From the NCBI GenBank assembly GCA_049325535.1, contig JBMOKY010000001.1, positions 299,386-363,385 on the forward strand: 64,000 nucleotides of DNA, in the 5' to 3' direction. The first letter of the stretch is position 1. Each line of letters opens with the position of its first letter. The stretch comes from Patescibacteria group bacterium (GTDB lineage Bacteria; Patescibacteriota; Patescibacteriia; UBA10025; JAHIVO01). Positions 9,145 to 18,306 of the stretch are shown here, in pieces. The notes under the pieces are model-generated. The model had not been told where the DNA came from. It was given only the letters and a program-made list of their open reading frames with translations, and ran no database searches. Position numbers and translations under genes: made by a program.

Positions 9145-10107
9145 ATGGAGAATCTATCATCGAAACGCATGATATCTCCTCCGCCTCATACCCATCACGT
9201 CATCCTATGGCTCGTCTTGGTATTTATCACGGTAGTAGCGGTTGCGGCAGTTGCCTATGCGTATATCTTCCAGCCGACGGCGGAGGAGATGGACATCGCT
9301 GAATCGAGCATCGTCTGCGGTGACGGGATATGTACCGCCACTGAGCAGGAATGTATTCCGACTTTGTGCGGAGATGGTTCACCGAGCTGCCCTCAGTGCA
9401 CGAAATATTATTGCCCGGCTGATTGTGCCTATCCGGGATTTAATGACCAAAACGTGAATACCTCCACCACTGACGCGGAGGAATGGCTGACCTATACGAA
9501 TGATGAAATAGGCGTCAGTTTTGAATATCCCTCGTCATGGCAACCGGTGAACGAATCGCGCATCGAAGAAAGCGAATCTGACCAGGGCAGTCGGGTGCGT
9601 GTGGATTTTAGCGGTTCGCAAGGGGACAGCGGGTTTGACACCACTTTCCAGCTGCTCTATACCACTCCGGATTTTTCATCGGGTAGCGAACCGTGGCTGG
9701 GGGATCTGCTGGCGTCGCAGTATGACCAACACGGCATGTACGGTATCTGCACTCCCGCTGCTGATGATGAGCTGTATCTGTACCTCAAAGACGTACATCA
9801 TTGCGCTATCCGTGAGTGGGAGGGGCGCGCTACCGCCGAGTTTTTCACCCAGATCAACGGATTGGACGAAGCTGAAATAAGCTCGTTTGTGAAGGTGTTT
9901 GCATTTGAAACCGGAAACGAAACATACCCCCTGGCGCAGCTGGTAATGTATTTGCCGGAAGCAAATCCGGACAATGTGCCGGTAGCGGATACGGAAGCGG
10001 TCGAGGACATCTATGATGGCCTGCGCCTGGGCAGCTTGAATGCCGAAACCAACAAGCGAATTGCGGATTTCAGCATGATTCGTGAAAGTCTAACGGCAAT
10101 ACAATGA
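9145..10107 (+). CDS. membrane-anchored Cys-rich extracellular protein, paralog of 10104..11453
   Basis: ATG 9145 (MENLSSKR), TM helix, 12-Cys module (CGDGICTATEQECIPTLCGDGSPSCPQCTKYYCPADC) then TDAEEWLTYTNDEIGVSFEYPSSW motif; track start 9067 overlaps upstream gene. Confidence 0.6.
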   Translation: MENLSSKRMISPPPHTHHVILWLVLVFITVVAVAAVAYAYIFQPTAEEMDIAESSIVCGDGICTATEQECIPTLCGDGSPSCPQCTKYYCPADCAYPGFNDQNVNTSTTDAEEWLTYTNDEIGVSFEYPSSWQPVNESRIEESESDQGSRVRVDFSGSQGDSGFDTTFQLLYTTPDFSSGSEPWLGDLLASQYDQHGMYGICTPAADDELYLYLKDVHHCAIREWEGRATAEFFTQINGLDEAEISSFVKVFAFETGNETYPLAQLVMYLPEANPDNVPVADTEAVEDIYDGLRLGSLNAETNKRIADFSMIRESLTAIQ

Positions 10108-11453
10108 CACGTACCAACTACATACCGCTCACCGTAGTCACCGCTATCGCACTGGTGGCTGTTTTGATGCTGATGATCGCGGCGGTGTATGAACAGCACG
10201 CCTCTGATCCCGAGTCTGTTTCCAGTACGGCATCCAGCACCAAAGCCGCTTCAATATCTTGCGAGGAAATCAGCAGCCAGGCTGCGTGCGACGCTAGACC
10301 TGATTGCTATGCGGTGTATGATGCATGTCCATGCTACACGGCAAACAGCGCAGCGGGGAAATGCGGAGGAGAGCTGGATCAGTGCGAAGCCTGTGAGGAT
10401 GGCCGATTTACCCGATGCGCTGCAGGAGCGTGTGATACCATTCAGGGTTATTCAAACACCAACACGTATGCCGAAAGTACGGCGGTGGATACGTCGGATT
10501 GGCTGACGTATGAGAACGAGGAGTATCAGTACTCAATTCAATATCCCGCTACCTATAAGATTATTGAAAACGCAGATTCAAGCATTTCAATAGCGCCAAT
10601 AGATGGCAGCTACCCATATCCGCATATTTCTGTGGATACTACCCCATTGGAAGAAAAAATTACTGAGATAGTAGACGAATTTATTCGTAGGGAGACAATT
10701 TATGCTGGTACAATAGAGGGCGTAGCGGTGATTGAAAATATGGCCATCGGTGGTGAGGCGATCAATTATCTCTTTGAGCACAATCAATATACTTACCTTA
10801 TTCGAGGTGGAAATACTGAAGACAATCGCGCAATGTTTAACACGTTTAGCTTTCTTAATGACACCTCCGACTGGCTGACGTATGAGAATGAGGAGTATGG
10901 GTTTAGCTTTCAGTATCCGATTGAATGGGGCGCTGTCCAAGTTTCTGAAAAAGATTATAGGAATGACGAACGAAGTTATTATGAAGGGCGGGGAGTCAGT
11001 ATTACATTTGCAAACAACACAAAACCAAACATACGATTATCATCAAGTGATTATCGTGATTTTGCTTCACTCACTTCCTATAATGGTGGGGAGGATTTAG
11101 CGAAAGTGTGCACTTCACCTGGTATCGTCAACGACTTTTCTTATTGTATAAATAAAACGGTTGCAGGCCAAAGCACTTTTGATAGACTGCGCTTTGATGC
11201 GCCTGAATGCTCACCAATGTTTATTCGAGAAAGCTGGCTCAATATCGATTTGCCGGTTTATAAAAGCATTATCATCAGTTCAATATTATTTACCGGTGGG
11301 GGATGGGATTGTACCAGCGATGATGCTGCTGAATGGGACAGAATAACCAGTTCTGAATTACAAAGACTTATCAACAGAAATGACCTCACTCAGGATGAGA
11401 TGGCATTACTTCAGGGAATGGATATGGTCATTGAGACATTTCGCTTTCTGTAG
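10104..11453 (+). CDS. membrane-anchored Cys-rich extracellular protein with two TSDWLTYENEEY-x-S-x-QYP repeats
   Basis: ATGA overlap with upstream gene; TM; Cys module; motif repeated at aa about 130 and about 255. Confidence 0.65.
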   Translation: MTRTNYIPLTVVTAIALVAVLMLMIAAVYEQHASDPESVSSTASSTKAASISCEEISSQAACDARPDCYAVYDACPCYTANSAAGKCGGELDQCEACEDGRFTRCAAGACDTIQGYSNTNTYAESTAVDTSDWLTYENEEYQYSIQYPATYKIIENADSSISIAPIDGSYPYPHISVDTTPLEEKITEIVDEFIRRETIYAGTIEGVAVIENMAIGGEAINYLFEHNQYTYLIRGGNTEDNRAMFNTFSFLNDTSDWLTYENEEYGFSFQYPIEWGAVQVSEKDYRNDERSYYEGRGVSITFANNTKPNIRLSSSDYRDFASLTSYNGGEDLAKVCTSPGIVNDFSYCINKTVAGQSTFDRLRFDAPECSPMFIRESWLNIDLPVYKSIIISSILFTGGGWDCTSDDAAEWDRITSSELQRLINRNDLTQDEMALLQGMDMVIETFRFL

Positions 11454-11476
11454 CGGGTAATTGGCAAAAATACGCA

Positions 11477-11503
11477 TTAGCACTCTTGACGTGAGAGTGC
11501 TAA
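11477..11503 (+). promoter_or_regulatory. CIRCE operator (HrcA binding site) overlapping hrcA promoter
   Basis: TTAGCACTC-N9-GAGTGCTAA perfect inverted repeat; TTGACG inside spacer and TTATAAT downstream. Confidence 0.85.
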
Positions 11504-11530
11504 TTGATTTATAATACACTTGCGTAGCAT

Positions 11531-12238
11531 ATGAAAGAACGAAAAAGAGCTATACTTAGCGCAATTATAAAGGAACATGTGCATGGAGACGGAAAACCCG
11601 TTGCTTCCCAGGCGCTTGTGGATAAGTATAAGCTGGAATTATCATCGGCCACCGTACGTAATGAAATGGCTGACCTCGAGTCAGAAGGACTGATTTTTCA
11701 GCCACATACGTCTGCCGGACGCATCCCCACGGAAAAAGGCTGGCAGTACTATATCGAGAATTTCCTGGTAGAAAAGCAGCCGGCGCAGGCGCAAATGACG
11801 CTCCTCGAAAAAGCACTGCACAAGCGGGAACAGGCACAGACAGATGTGGCGGTGAAAAACGTCGCCCGCACGCTGGCGGAAATTTCACAGAACGCCGTGT
11901 TTGTCGGTTTTTCGCGAGACAATGTGTATTATACTGGTCTGTCGAATTTATTTAACCATCCGGAGTTTGCGGACATAGATCTGGTGCGACATTTGTCGGC
12001 TATTGTGGATCATCTAGATGATGTGATCGCGGAATTATTTTCAAAAGTTACTGACACCCCGCGCATTCTCGTCGGCTCAGAAAATCCCTTTGGTAAGGAG
12101 TGTAGTACTATTTTCAGCCCGTATCAGGTGAAAGGATGCGAACCGGGATTGATCGGTGTACTGGGGCCGGTACGGATGGATTATGAAGACGCATTTGCCC
12201 TCGTCAATTACACAAAAAAATTATTCGCACATGCGTAA
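11531..12238 (+). CDS. hrcA: heat-inducible transcription repressor HrcA (short form)
   Basis: N-terminal wHTH KRAILSAIIKEHVHGDGKPVASQALV...SSATVRNEMADLESEGLI...HTSAGRIPTEKGW; 235 aa. Confidence 0.85.
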   Translation: MKERKRAILSAIIKEHVHGDGKPVASQALVDKYKLELSSATVRNEMADLESEGLIFQPHTSAGRIPTEKGWQYYIENFLVEKQPAQAQMTLLEKALHKREQAQTDVAVKNVARTLAEISQNAVFVGFSRDNVYYTGLSNLFNHPEFADIDLVRHLSAIVDHLDDVIAELFSKVTDTPRILVGSENPFGKECSTIFSPYQVKGCEPGLIGVLGPVRMDYEDAFALVNYTKKLFAHA

Positions 12239-12245
12239 CCATAGT

Positions 12246-12758
12246 ATGGAAGACAAGAAAGAACCAAAAGATAGTTTGAAGGAAAAAATTACCGATGTGG
12301 AAAAAATCGCCGCTGAATTAAAACTGGCGCAGCAAAAGATGGAAGAGTACATGAACGGTTGGAAACGGGCGAAGGCGGATTATCTCAATCTGAAACGCGA
12401 ATCGGAAAAAAAAGAACAGGAACTTGTTCAATTCGCCAATGCGGGACTAATTTTGCAACTCTTGCCCGTCTATGACAATTTTAAACTCGCCTGGAAACAT
12501 ATACCAAATGAACAGGTGAAGGTCGAGTGGGTGATCGGCATCGAGCATATCAAAAAACAATTCGGCGATATTCTGAAAAATCTGGGTATCGAAGAGATCA
12601 AAACCGTCGGTGAATCATTTAACCCTGAACTGCACGAGGCGGTGGCCAAAGAAAAGAAAGACGGTTTGAAGACGGATGTGGTATTTGAAGAAGTGAAGTC
12701 CGGGTATACATTGTTCGGAAAAGTGCTGGAACCGGCCAAGGTGAAGGTTGCCGCCTAG
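12246..12758 (+). CDS. grpE: nucleotide exchange factor GrpE
   Basis: Coiled-coil N-term then conserved GrpE core; ATG 12246 chosen (track 12156 overlaps hrcA). Confidence 0.85.
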   Translation: MEDKKEPKDSLKEKITDVEKIAAELKLAQQKMEEYMNGWKRAKADYLNLKRESEKKEQELVQFANAGLILQLLPVYDNFKLAWKHIPNEQVKVEWVIGIEHIKKQFGDILKNLGIEEIKTVGESFNPELHEAVAKEKKDGLKTDVVFEEVKSGYTLFGKVLEPAKVKVAA

Positions 12759-12881
12759 GCAATCCTGAACTCGATTCAGGATCTGAACGATTTAACAATG
12801 GAGATCCCGAAACAAGTTCGGGATGAGGAATAGAAAATTACTAATTCATTAAGCCCATTCGGGCAGCAAGGAACCAAACCT

Positions 12882-13310
12882 ATGCGACAACTCATGCGCT
12901 GGAGACCATTCTGGGATGTGTCCGAATTCGATAAATTTTTCGAGGACATGCCCATGGTCCCCTCCACGGTCCATGCATTCATCCCGGCGGTGGATGTGTA
13001 CCAGGACAAGGATAACGTCATCGTGGAAACCCCACTGGCTGGCGTGGATCCGAACAAAGTCAGCATCACCATCGAGAACGACGTGCTGAAAATCGAAGGC
13101 TCGATGGAGCACAAATCAGAAATTGATGAAAAAAATTATTACCGTAAGGAAGTGCGGGTTGGCAGTTTCTATCGTGCCGTGGCCCTGCCGACTCAGGTAA
13201 AAGGCGGTGACGCAAAAGCTGATTTTGAGAATGGGATGCTGAAAATCACCATTCCCAAAGCGGAAGAGGTAAAACCCCGCTCTATCAAAGTAAACGTAAA
13301 AAATCAGTAA
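12882..13310 (+). CDS. Hsp20/alpha-crystallin family small heat shock protein
   Basis: PAVDVYQDKDNVIVETPLAGVDPNKVSITIENDVLKIEG...GMLKITIPK. Confidence 0.9.
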   Translation: MRQLMRWRPFWDVSEFDKFFEDMPMVPSTVHAFIPAVDVYQDKDNVIVETPLAGVDPNKVSITIENDVLKIEGSMEHKSEIDEKNYYRKEVRVGSFYRAVALPTQVKGGDAKADFENGMLKITIPKAEEVKPRSIKVNVKNQ

Positions 13311-13362
13311 ATAGCACCTCAATCGTGAGGAAGACGGGCGCGGCCAACCCACATCAAACGGG

Positions 13363-13842
13363 TTGGCGCCCCGAAGCCAGAAGTATGAATTAGAAACCCC
13401 CTTTCGTTCTGCTTCTGGCTCCGGAGCGAATGCTCCGCGCGCGATCATCATCCCTATGCCTATCCAATTCGACAATTTCAACAGTAACCGGTTTTCCGGC
13501 GCCAACGGCGCGGGTAACGGCAATGACAGCCGTTCGGAGCGTATCCGCATCGACGCGCGCTGTCCCGTCTGCCAGTCGCCGTACGATTTCAACCGCATCG
13601 ACGTGATCCAGGAAGCTGACGGCGCCACGCTGATGTATATCAAATGTGGCGTCTGCCAATCGGCCGCTATGTCACTGATCGCGCTCGGGGCGCAGGGTCT
13701 CAAAGTCGCCAGCACCCTGACTGATCTGGAGCGCCATGAAGTACTGCGGTTTCAGGACAACGAACGGGTGAAGAGTGAGGATGTCTTAGCACTGCATCAG
13801 TTGCTTGAGCAGCCGATTGATAATTTTCTTAATTCATTCTAA
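13363..13842 (+). CDS. hypothetical protein with CxxC...CxxC zinc-ribbon; start uncertain
   Basis: ORF in heat-shock locus; CPVCQSPYD...CGVCQS; low-complexity G/N-rich N-term; no SD identified. Confidence 0.45.
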   Translation: MAPRSQKYELETPFRSASGSGANAPRAIIIPMPIQFDNFNSNRFSGANGAGNGNDSRSERIRIDARCPVCQSPYDFNRIDVIQEADGATLMYIKCGVCQSAAMSLIALGAQGLKVASTLTDLERHEVLRFQDNERVKSEDVLALHQLLEQPIDNFLNSF

Positions 13843-13913
13843 ACCCTCATTGTCGCCTCGACTGAAACGGAGAGGCCCTCATGACCGCAGTGACGGGCAG
13901 CCAACGGCATAAT

Positions 13914-13941
13914 GATCTCTCCACTTCGGTCGAGATGACAG
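13914..13941 (+). repeat. 28-nt palindromic repeat copy A (GATCTCTCCACTTCGGTCGAGATGACAG)
   Basis: 27/28 identical to 18168..18195; contains CTTCGG tetraloop hairpin. Confidence 0.6.
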
Positions 13942-14009
13942 ATGGGCAGTATCATCCATCTCACCAATAGTAATTAACCAACCATTAGAAAGCAATTAAC
14001 CAAACAACT

Positions 14010-15923
14010 ATGTCAAAAATACTCGGTATTGATCTCGGAACAACCAACTCCTGCATGGCTATCATCGAGGGTGGTGAGCCGAAAGTTCTCGAAAACAAAG
14101 AAGGTAATCGCACCACGCCCTCGGTGGTCGCTATCTCCAAAACCGGCGAACGCCTGGTTGGGCAAGTAGCTAAGCGCCAAGCCGTTACCAATCACCAGAA
14201 CACCGTTTTTTCCGTGAAGCGTCTGATCGGTCGCCACTGGAATGACGAAGAAGTACAGCATGATGTGAAAACCATGCCGTACTCTATTGAGCAAGCAGGG
14301 GAAGGTGTCAAAGTAAAAATGGTAGATAAACTCTACACACCGCAAGAAGTCTCAGCCATGATTCTTCAGAAATTGAAAGCTGATGCAGAGGCAAAGCTGG
14401 GTGAAAAAATCGAAGAAGCAGTGATTACCGTTCCTGCCTATTTTGACGACTCACAGCGCCAGGCCACCAAGGACGCAGGTGAAATCGCCGGCCTTAAAGT
14501 AAAACGTATTATCAATGAACCAACCGCCGCCGCACTGGCCTACGGATTTGATAAGAAAAAGAATCAGCAAGTAGCAGTCTACGACCTGGGTGGTGGTACG
14601 TTTGATATTTCCATCTTGGACATTTCCGAAGACACGGTCGAAGTGAAATCAACCAATGGTGACACCCACTTGGGTGGTGACGACTTTGACAAGCGGATCA
14701 TCGACTGGTTGGTTGAGGAATTCAACAAAGACCAAGGTATCAATCTCGGCAATGACCAAATGGCACTCCAGCGCCTGAAGGAAGCCGCAGAAAAAGCCAA
14801 GATTGAATTATCCACCACCAGTGAAACTGAAATCAATCTGCCCTTCATTACCACGGATGCTTCTGGTCCGAAACACATGAATCTCAAACTCACTCGCGCC
14901 AAACTTGAGACGCTCGTGGCTGACCTCATCGAAAAAACTATTGAACCAGTCAAGAAAGCACTGGCTGACGCTAAACTGGAAACCAAAGATATCGAAGAGG
15001 TGATCATGGTCGGTGGTATGACCCGTATGCCCAAAGTGCTGGAAACCGTAGAACAATTCTTCGGCAAAAAACCCCACATCGGTGTGAATCCTGACGAAGT
15101 GGTCGCTGTCGGCGCTGCAGTACAAGCTGGCGTGCTCCAAGGTGATGTAAAAGATGTGCTCCTGCTCGACGTGACTCCGTTGACTCTCGGTATCGAAACC
15201 CTCGGTGGCGTCTCCACTCCACTCATCGAACGCAACACCACCATCCCGACGACCAAATCGCAAGTATTCTCCACCGCAGCTGACAATCAGACTTCAGTAG
15301 AGGTCCACGTATTGCAGGGCGAACGTCCCATGGCCGGGGATAATAAAACGCTGGGACGATTTATCCTCTCTGGCATTCCGCCATCACCACGTGGCGTACC
15401 GCAGGTGGAAGTATCATTCGACATTGATGCCAACGGTATTCTCAACGTGAAGGCAAAAGACAAAGCATCTGGCAAAGAGCAATCCATCACTATTACGGCT
15501 TCATCAGGCCTATCCAAGGAAGAAGTCGAGAAAATGAAACAGGATGCCCAGGCGCATGCAGCCGAGGATACCAAGAAGAAAGAATTGATTGACCAGCGCA
15601 ATACTGCAGAAACCCTCGTCTACACCGCGGAAAAAGCACTGAAGGATGCGGGTGACAAAGTCAAAGATGATGTGAAGAAAGAAATTGAAGAAAAGATCAA
15701 AGTGGTCAAAGACGTGAAAGATAAGGATGATGTGGCAGCTATCAAGAAAGCAGTGGAAGATCTGAATCAAACGGTGCAGAAGATTGGTCAAGCGATGTAT
15801 GGTCAGCAACAGAAGGCTCCAGAAGGCGCAAAAGGCACGGAAGGCGATAAGGCTCAAGGTGCAAAAGGCTCTGCTCCAGTCGATGCAGAGTACGAGGATG
15901 TCAAAAAGGAAGACAAGAAGTAA
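14010..15923 (+). CDS. dnaK: molecular chaperone DnaK (Hsp70)
   Basis: Full-length Hsp70: [24 protein letters not shown]-like motifs. Confidence 0.97.
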   Translation: MSKILGIDLGTTNSCMAIIEGGEPKVLENKEGNRTTPSVVAISKTGERLVGQVAKRQAVTNHQNTVFSVKRLIGRHWNDEEVQHDVKTMPYSIEQAGEGVKVKMVDKLYTPQEVSAMILQKLKADAEAKLGEKIEEAVITVPAYFDDSQRQATKDAGEIAGLKVKRIINEPTAAALAYGFDKKKNQQVAVYDLGGGTFDISILDISEDTVEVKSTNGDTHLGGDDFDKRIIDWLVEEFNKDQGINLGNDQMALQRLKEAAEKAKIELSTTSETEINLPFITTDASGPKHMNLKLTRAKLETLVADLIEKTIEPVKKALADAKLETKDIEEVIMVGGMTRMPKVLETVEQFFGKKPHIGVNPDEVVAVGAAVQAGVLQGDVKDVLLLDVTPLTLGIETLGGVSTPLIERNTTIPTTKSQVFSTAADNQTSVEVHVLQGERPMAGDNKTLGRFILSGIPPSPRGVPQVEVSFDIDANGILNVKAKDKASGKEQSITITASSGLSKEEVEKMKQDAQAHAAEDTKKKELIDQRNTAETLVYTAEKALKDAGDKVKDDVKKEIEEKIKVVKDVKDKDDVAAIKKAVEDLNQTVQKIGQAMYGQQQKAPEGAKGTEGDKAQGAKGSAPVDAEYEDVKKEDKK

Positions 15924-15959
15924 TTAACAACCGCGCCCTCGGCTAACCACCGGGGGCGT

Positions 15960-16571
15960 TTGAGGGAAAATAATATGACATTTCAAGACGATATTAATGG
16001 AGCTATTCGAGAGATAGAGGGGCGAGGTTCGCAAGATTTATTTTTGAAAATTATTGAAGCTCGTAGTTTTTTGGCTGTTTCTTTTGAGCAGTATACTCAA
16101 AATAAAAACCAGAGCGTTCAATTATTTACCGATTCGTATTACACTTATCATTATTTTGCTTATGTAAATTTCTTTTATTCCTTGAAGGAAAGAACTGCTC
16201 AATTCATTAATAAATATTTGCGACTAGGCAATCCAATAGATGACGTAAGTTATCATAGAATTAGTCATAATGAGGAGGCACAAAAGGTTTTTAAAAAAAT
16301 ATTTGATTTCTTTGCTGATCCAGAATTTAAGTCAATTTCATCTGCAAGAAAAACGATGGTTCATCGTAGTCAAGATTATATTTCAGCAATACAGATAAAG
16401 GATTCAGCTAGCGCTCCTCAGCAAACTCCTCAGGTAAAGTTAGATAAAGATATTCTAGATAAGCCGAATGAAAAACTTAGTATTATTTTGATAAAAATAG
16501 TTGAATGTATTATTGATGAATTAAAGGAAGCTCAAAGTGAAAAGGGTGCAATTGATAAAGGTTCAGCCTGA
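15960..16571 (+). CDS. AT-rich orphan gene, possible HEPN-like (R-x4-H) protein
   Basis: GC visibly far below flanks; 203 aa helical; SARKTMVHRSQ contains R-x4-H; own hairpin terminator downstream. Confidence 0.55.
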   Translation: MRENNMTFQDDINGAIREIEGRGSQDLFLKIIEARSFLAVSFEQYTQNKNQSVQLFTDSYYTYHYFAYVNFFYSLKERTAQFINKYLRLGNPIDDVSYHRISHNEEAQKVFKKIFDFFADPEFKSISSARKTMVHRSQDYISAIQIKDSASAPQQTPQVKLDKDILDKPNEKLSIILIKIVECIIDELKEAQSEKGAIDKGSA

Positions 16572-16628
16572 ATTATGCAGAGATGAACAATTTTACGTCC
16601 TAATTCATCATAAGGGTGCGGTAGTGGG

Positions 16629-16695
16629 GGCCCGCCTCGGCTCGCGCCCGCTTCGACGAATCGAGGCGAGTCGACGCGAGGCGGGTTTTTGGTAC
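16629..16695 (+). terminator. extended GC hairpin followed by GGGTTTTTGG
   Basis: cccgcctcg...cgaggcggg 9-bp outer stem plus inner pairing, then T-run. Confidence 0.5.
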
Positions 16696-16702
16696 GAAAA
16701 AT

Positions 16703-16798
16703 GCTTGTCATCGCGAGCTCCGTCTGCGGAGCGTGGCGATCTCCGTGACTATCCAACCGAGATTGCCGCGTCGCCTACGGCTCCTCGCAATGACAAGC
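16703..16798 (+). repeat. long hairpin element: inverted GCTTGTCATCGCGAG / CTCGCAATGACAAGC arms around about 66-nt loop
   Basis: 14/15 complementary arms; arms share GATGACAAG core with repeats at 13914, 18033, 18076, 18168. Confidence 0.5.
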
Positions 16799-16817
16799 GC
16801 TGTGGTATACTAATCGC

Positions 16818-17582
16818 ATGGAAGTGTATCAGGACATAATTAAATACATTAAAACTGCAGGTCAGAGGCTGAAAGAGCGCTCGGGGCATATTGAGGATAT
16901 TGGCATTCGAAAAAGGAATTTGACGGAAGAGGACATTCGGATTGAGCGGGAACTGAAAGAAATCATTACCAAAAATGATCCAACACATCAGGTGTACGCG
17001 GAAGAGGAGAACGCCGATTTTTTTGATGCCGAGGAAGTGTGGGTGATTGACCCGATCAGTGGCACGCATTTGTTTATCCAGGGCAAACCACATTACGCTA
17101 TCGTGGTGTCGCATCTCCATAAGGGCATTGTGCAGTTTGCCGCGGTGTACGATACATCTGCTGATGAATTATTTACTGCACAGCGAGGCAGTGGGGCATT
17201 CTTAAATGGCACGAAAATAATGGTTCAGCCTGCAAGCCCTGATAGACTGCGCGTGGTATTTAATAAATCAAATAAGTGGCCAGATGAAGTATTGGTGCAG
17301 AAAGTTTTGGATGGTTTACAGACGTACGAAGTGTTTCGTTTAGAAGCCTCGCATGCGTTGGGGGATTGCTACATAGCTTGTGGGCGATATAACGGTGTTA
17401 TCGTTTTGGCAAAAGATAGTTTTCCATCGTTTGCTGGAAGTCTCATGGTTCAGGAAGCTGGTGGAGAATACACCAATCAAAAAGGTGAGTCAGATATTAA
17501 ACCAGATAATCGGATATTTGTGGGTGGAGATCACGGCACACATTTTCGACTATTGGGGATGGTGCAAGAGATGCTGAAATAA
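16818..17582 (+). CDS. inositol monophosphatase family protein
   Basis: EEENADFFDAEEVWVIDPISGT (WxIDPIDGT motif). Confidence 0.85.
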   Translation: MEVYQDIIKYIKTAGQRLKERSGHIEDIGIRKRNLTEEDIRIERELKEIITKNDPTHQVYAEEENADFFDAEEVWVIDPISGTHLFIQGKPHYAIVVSHLHKGIVQFAAVYDTSADELFTAQRGSGAFLNGTKIMVQPASPDRLRVVFNKSNKWPDEVLVQKVLDGLQTYEVFRLEASHALGDCYIACGRYNGVIVLAKDSFPSFAGSLMVQEAGGEYTNQKGESDIKPDNRIFVGGDHGTHFRLLGMVQEMLK

Positions 17583-17617
17583 ATTCAGCATGAGGGCAAT
17601 TGTGATATACTGCCAAC

Positions 17618-17953
17618 ATGTCCCACACCATTAAACTAAAAAAGGACAAGTACAAAAGCGCACGGGGAGGGTACTCGCGGTTGCTAGATATTTCCTGCCA
17701 GAAATGCCAGAAGCCGGTTTTGGTGTACCAGAAGGACGGGCCGGGGAATTTGCGGCGGTTGTATCTGGATCGAATTATGAGTCCGGAGAAGCTGGTTGGG
17801 TTACAACAGCAGAGCATCGCCAGCCTCGCGCCGCTGAAGTGCGCGGGGTGCGGATTTGTGATGGGCATTCCGTATGTCTACGAAAAAGAAAAGCGAAAGG
17901 CCTTCCGCATTTTTCAGGACGCGGTGATAAAGAGGATTAGGAAGGTGGGGTAA
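17618..17953 (+). CDS. small basic C4 zinc-ribbon protein
   Basis: CQKCQ...CAGCG; 111 aa. Confidence 0.5.
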   Translation: MSHTIKLKKDKYKSARGGYSRLLDISCQKCQKPVLVYQKDGPGNLRRLYLDRIMSPEKLVGLQQQSIASLAPLKCAGCGFVMGIPYVYEKEKRKAFRIFQDAVIKRIRKVG

Positions 17954-18167
17954 GGGGTACATACATCTGTCATGCTGAATGTAATGAAGCATCCCCTGAC
18001 CGAAGGTCAGGAAATCCTTCGCGTCCGCTCAGGATGACAAGTGCGGAGAGGTGCTGGGGATCAAAGAATAAAAAACGTTTGTCACTTCGAGCCCATTCGA
18101 CTCCGCTCAGGGCAGGCTTCGTCGAGAAGTCTTTACGACGTCGGTTGCATGTAATAGGGGTCATAAG

Positions 18168-18195
18168 GATCTCTCCGCTTCGGTCGAGATGACAG
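18168..18195 (+). repeat. 28-nt palindromic repeat copy B (GATCTCTCCGCTTCGGTCGAGATGACAG)
   Basis: Near-identical to 13914..13941; sits in 350-nt repeat-dense non-coding stretch 17954-18306. Confidence 0.6.
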
Positions 18196-18306
18196 TCGGT
18201 GGTCAGCATTTCATGGCCCCTCGCCATAACAGGCATATCGTAAGACATGCCAAATCTTGCTCAAAAGGCCTATTTGGCGTACAATGGGTAGTTCCAGGAG
18301 AGGTTA

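Noticed and set aside
12759-12881. Second CIRCE or HrcA site upstream of hsp20
   Set aside because: Only generic hairpins (ATCCTGAA-CTCGA-TTCAGGAT; CCCGAAC-AAGT-TCGGG) are present, with no TTAGCACTC/GAGTGCTAA arms.
14579-15857. Several long antisense ORFs inside dnaK (235, 151, 104, 115 aa)
   Set aside because: They are entirely antisense to a highly conserved gene. The translations are Ser/Thr/Cys-rich and low-complexity, typical of GC-skewed shadow ORFs.
16571-18306. CRISPR array hypothesis for the repeated 28-nt units
   Set aside because: Only two near-identical units are present, separated by 4.2 kb, with no regular spacing and no cas genes. They are better explained as dispersed REP/MITE-like palindromes.
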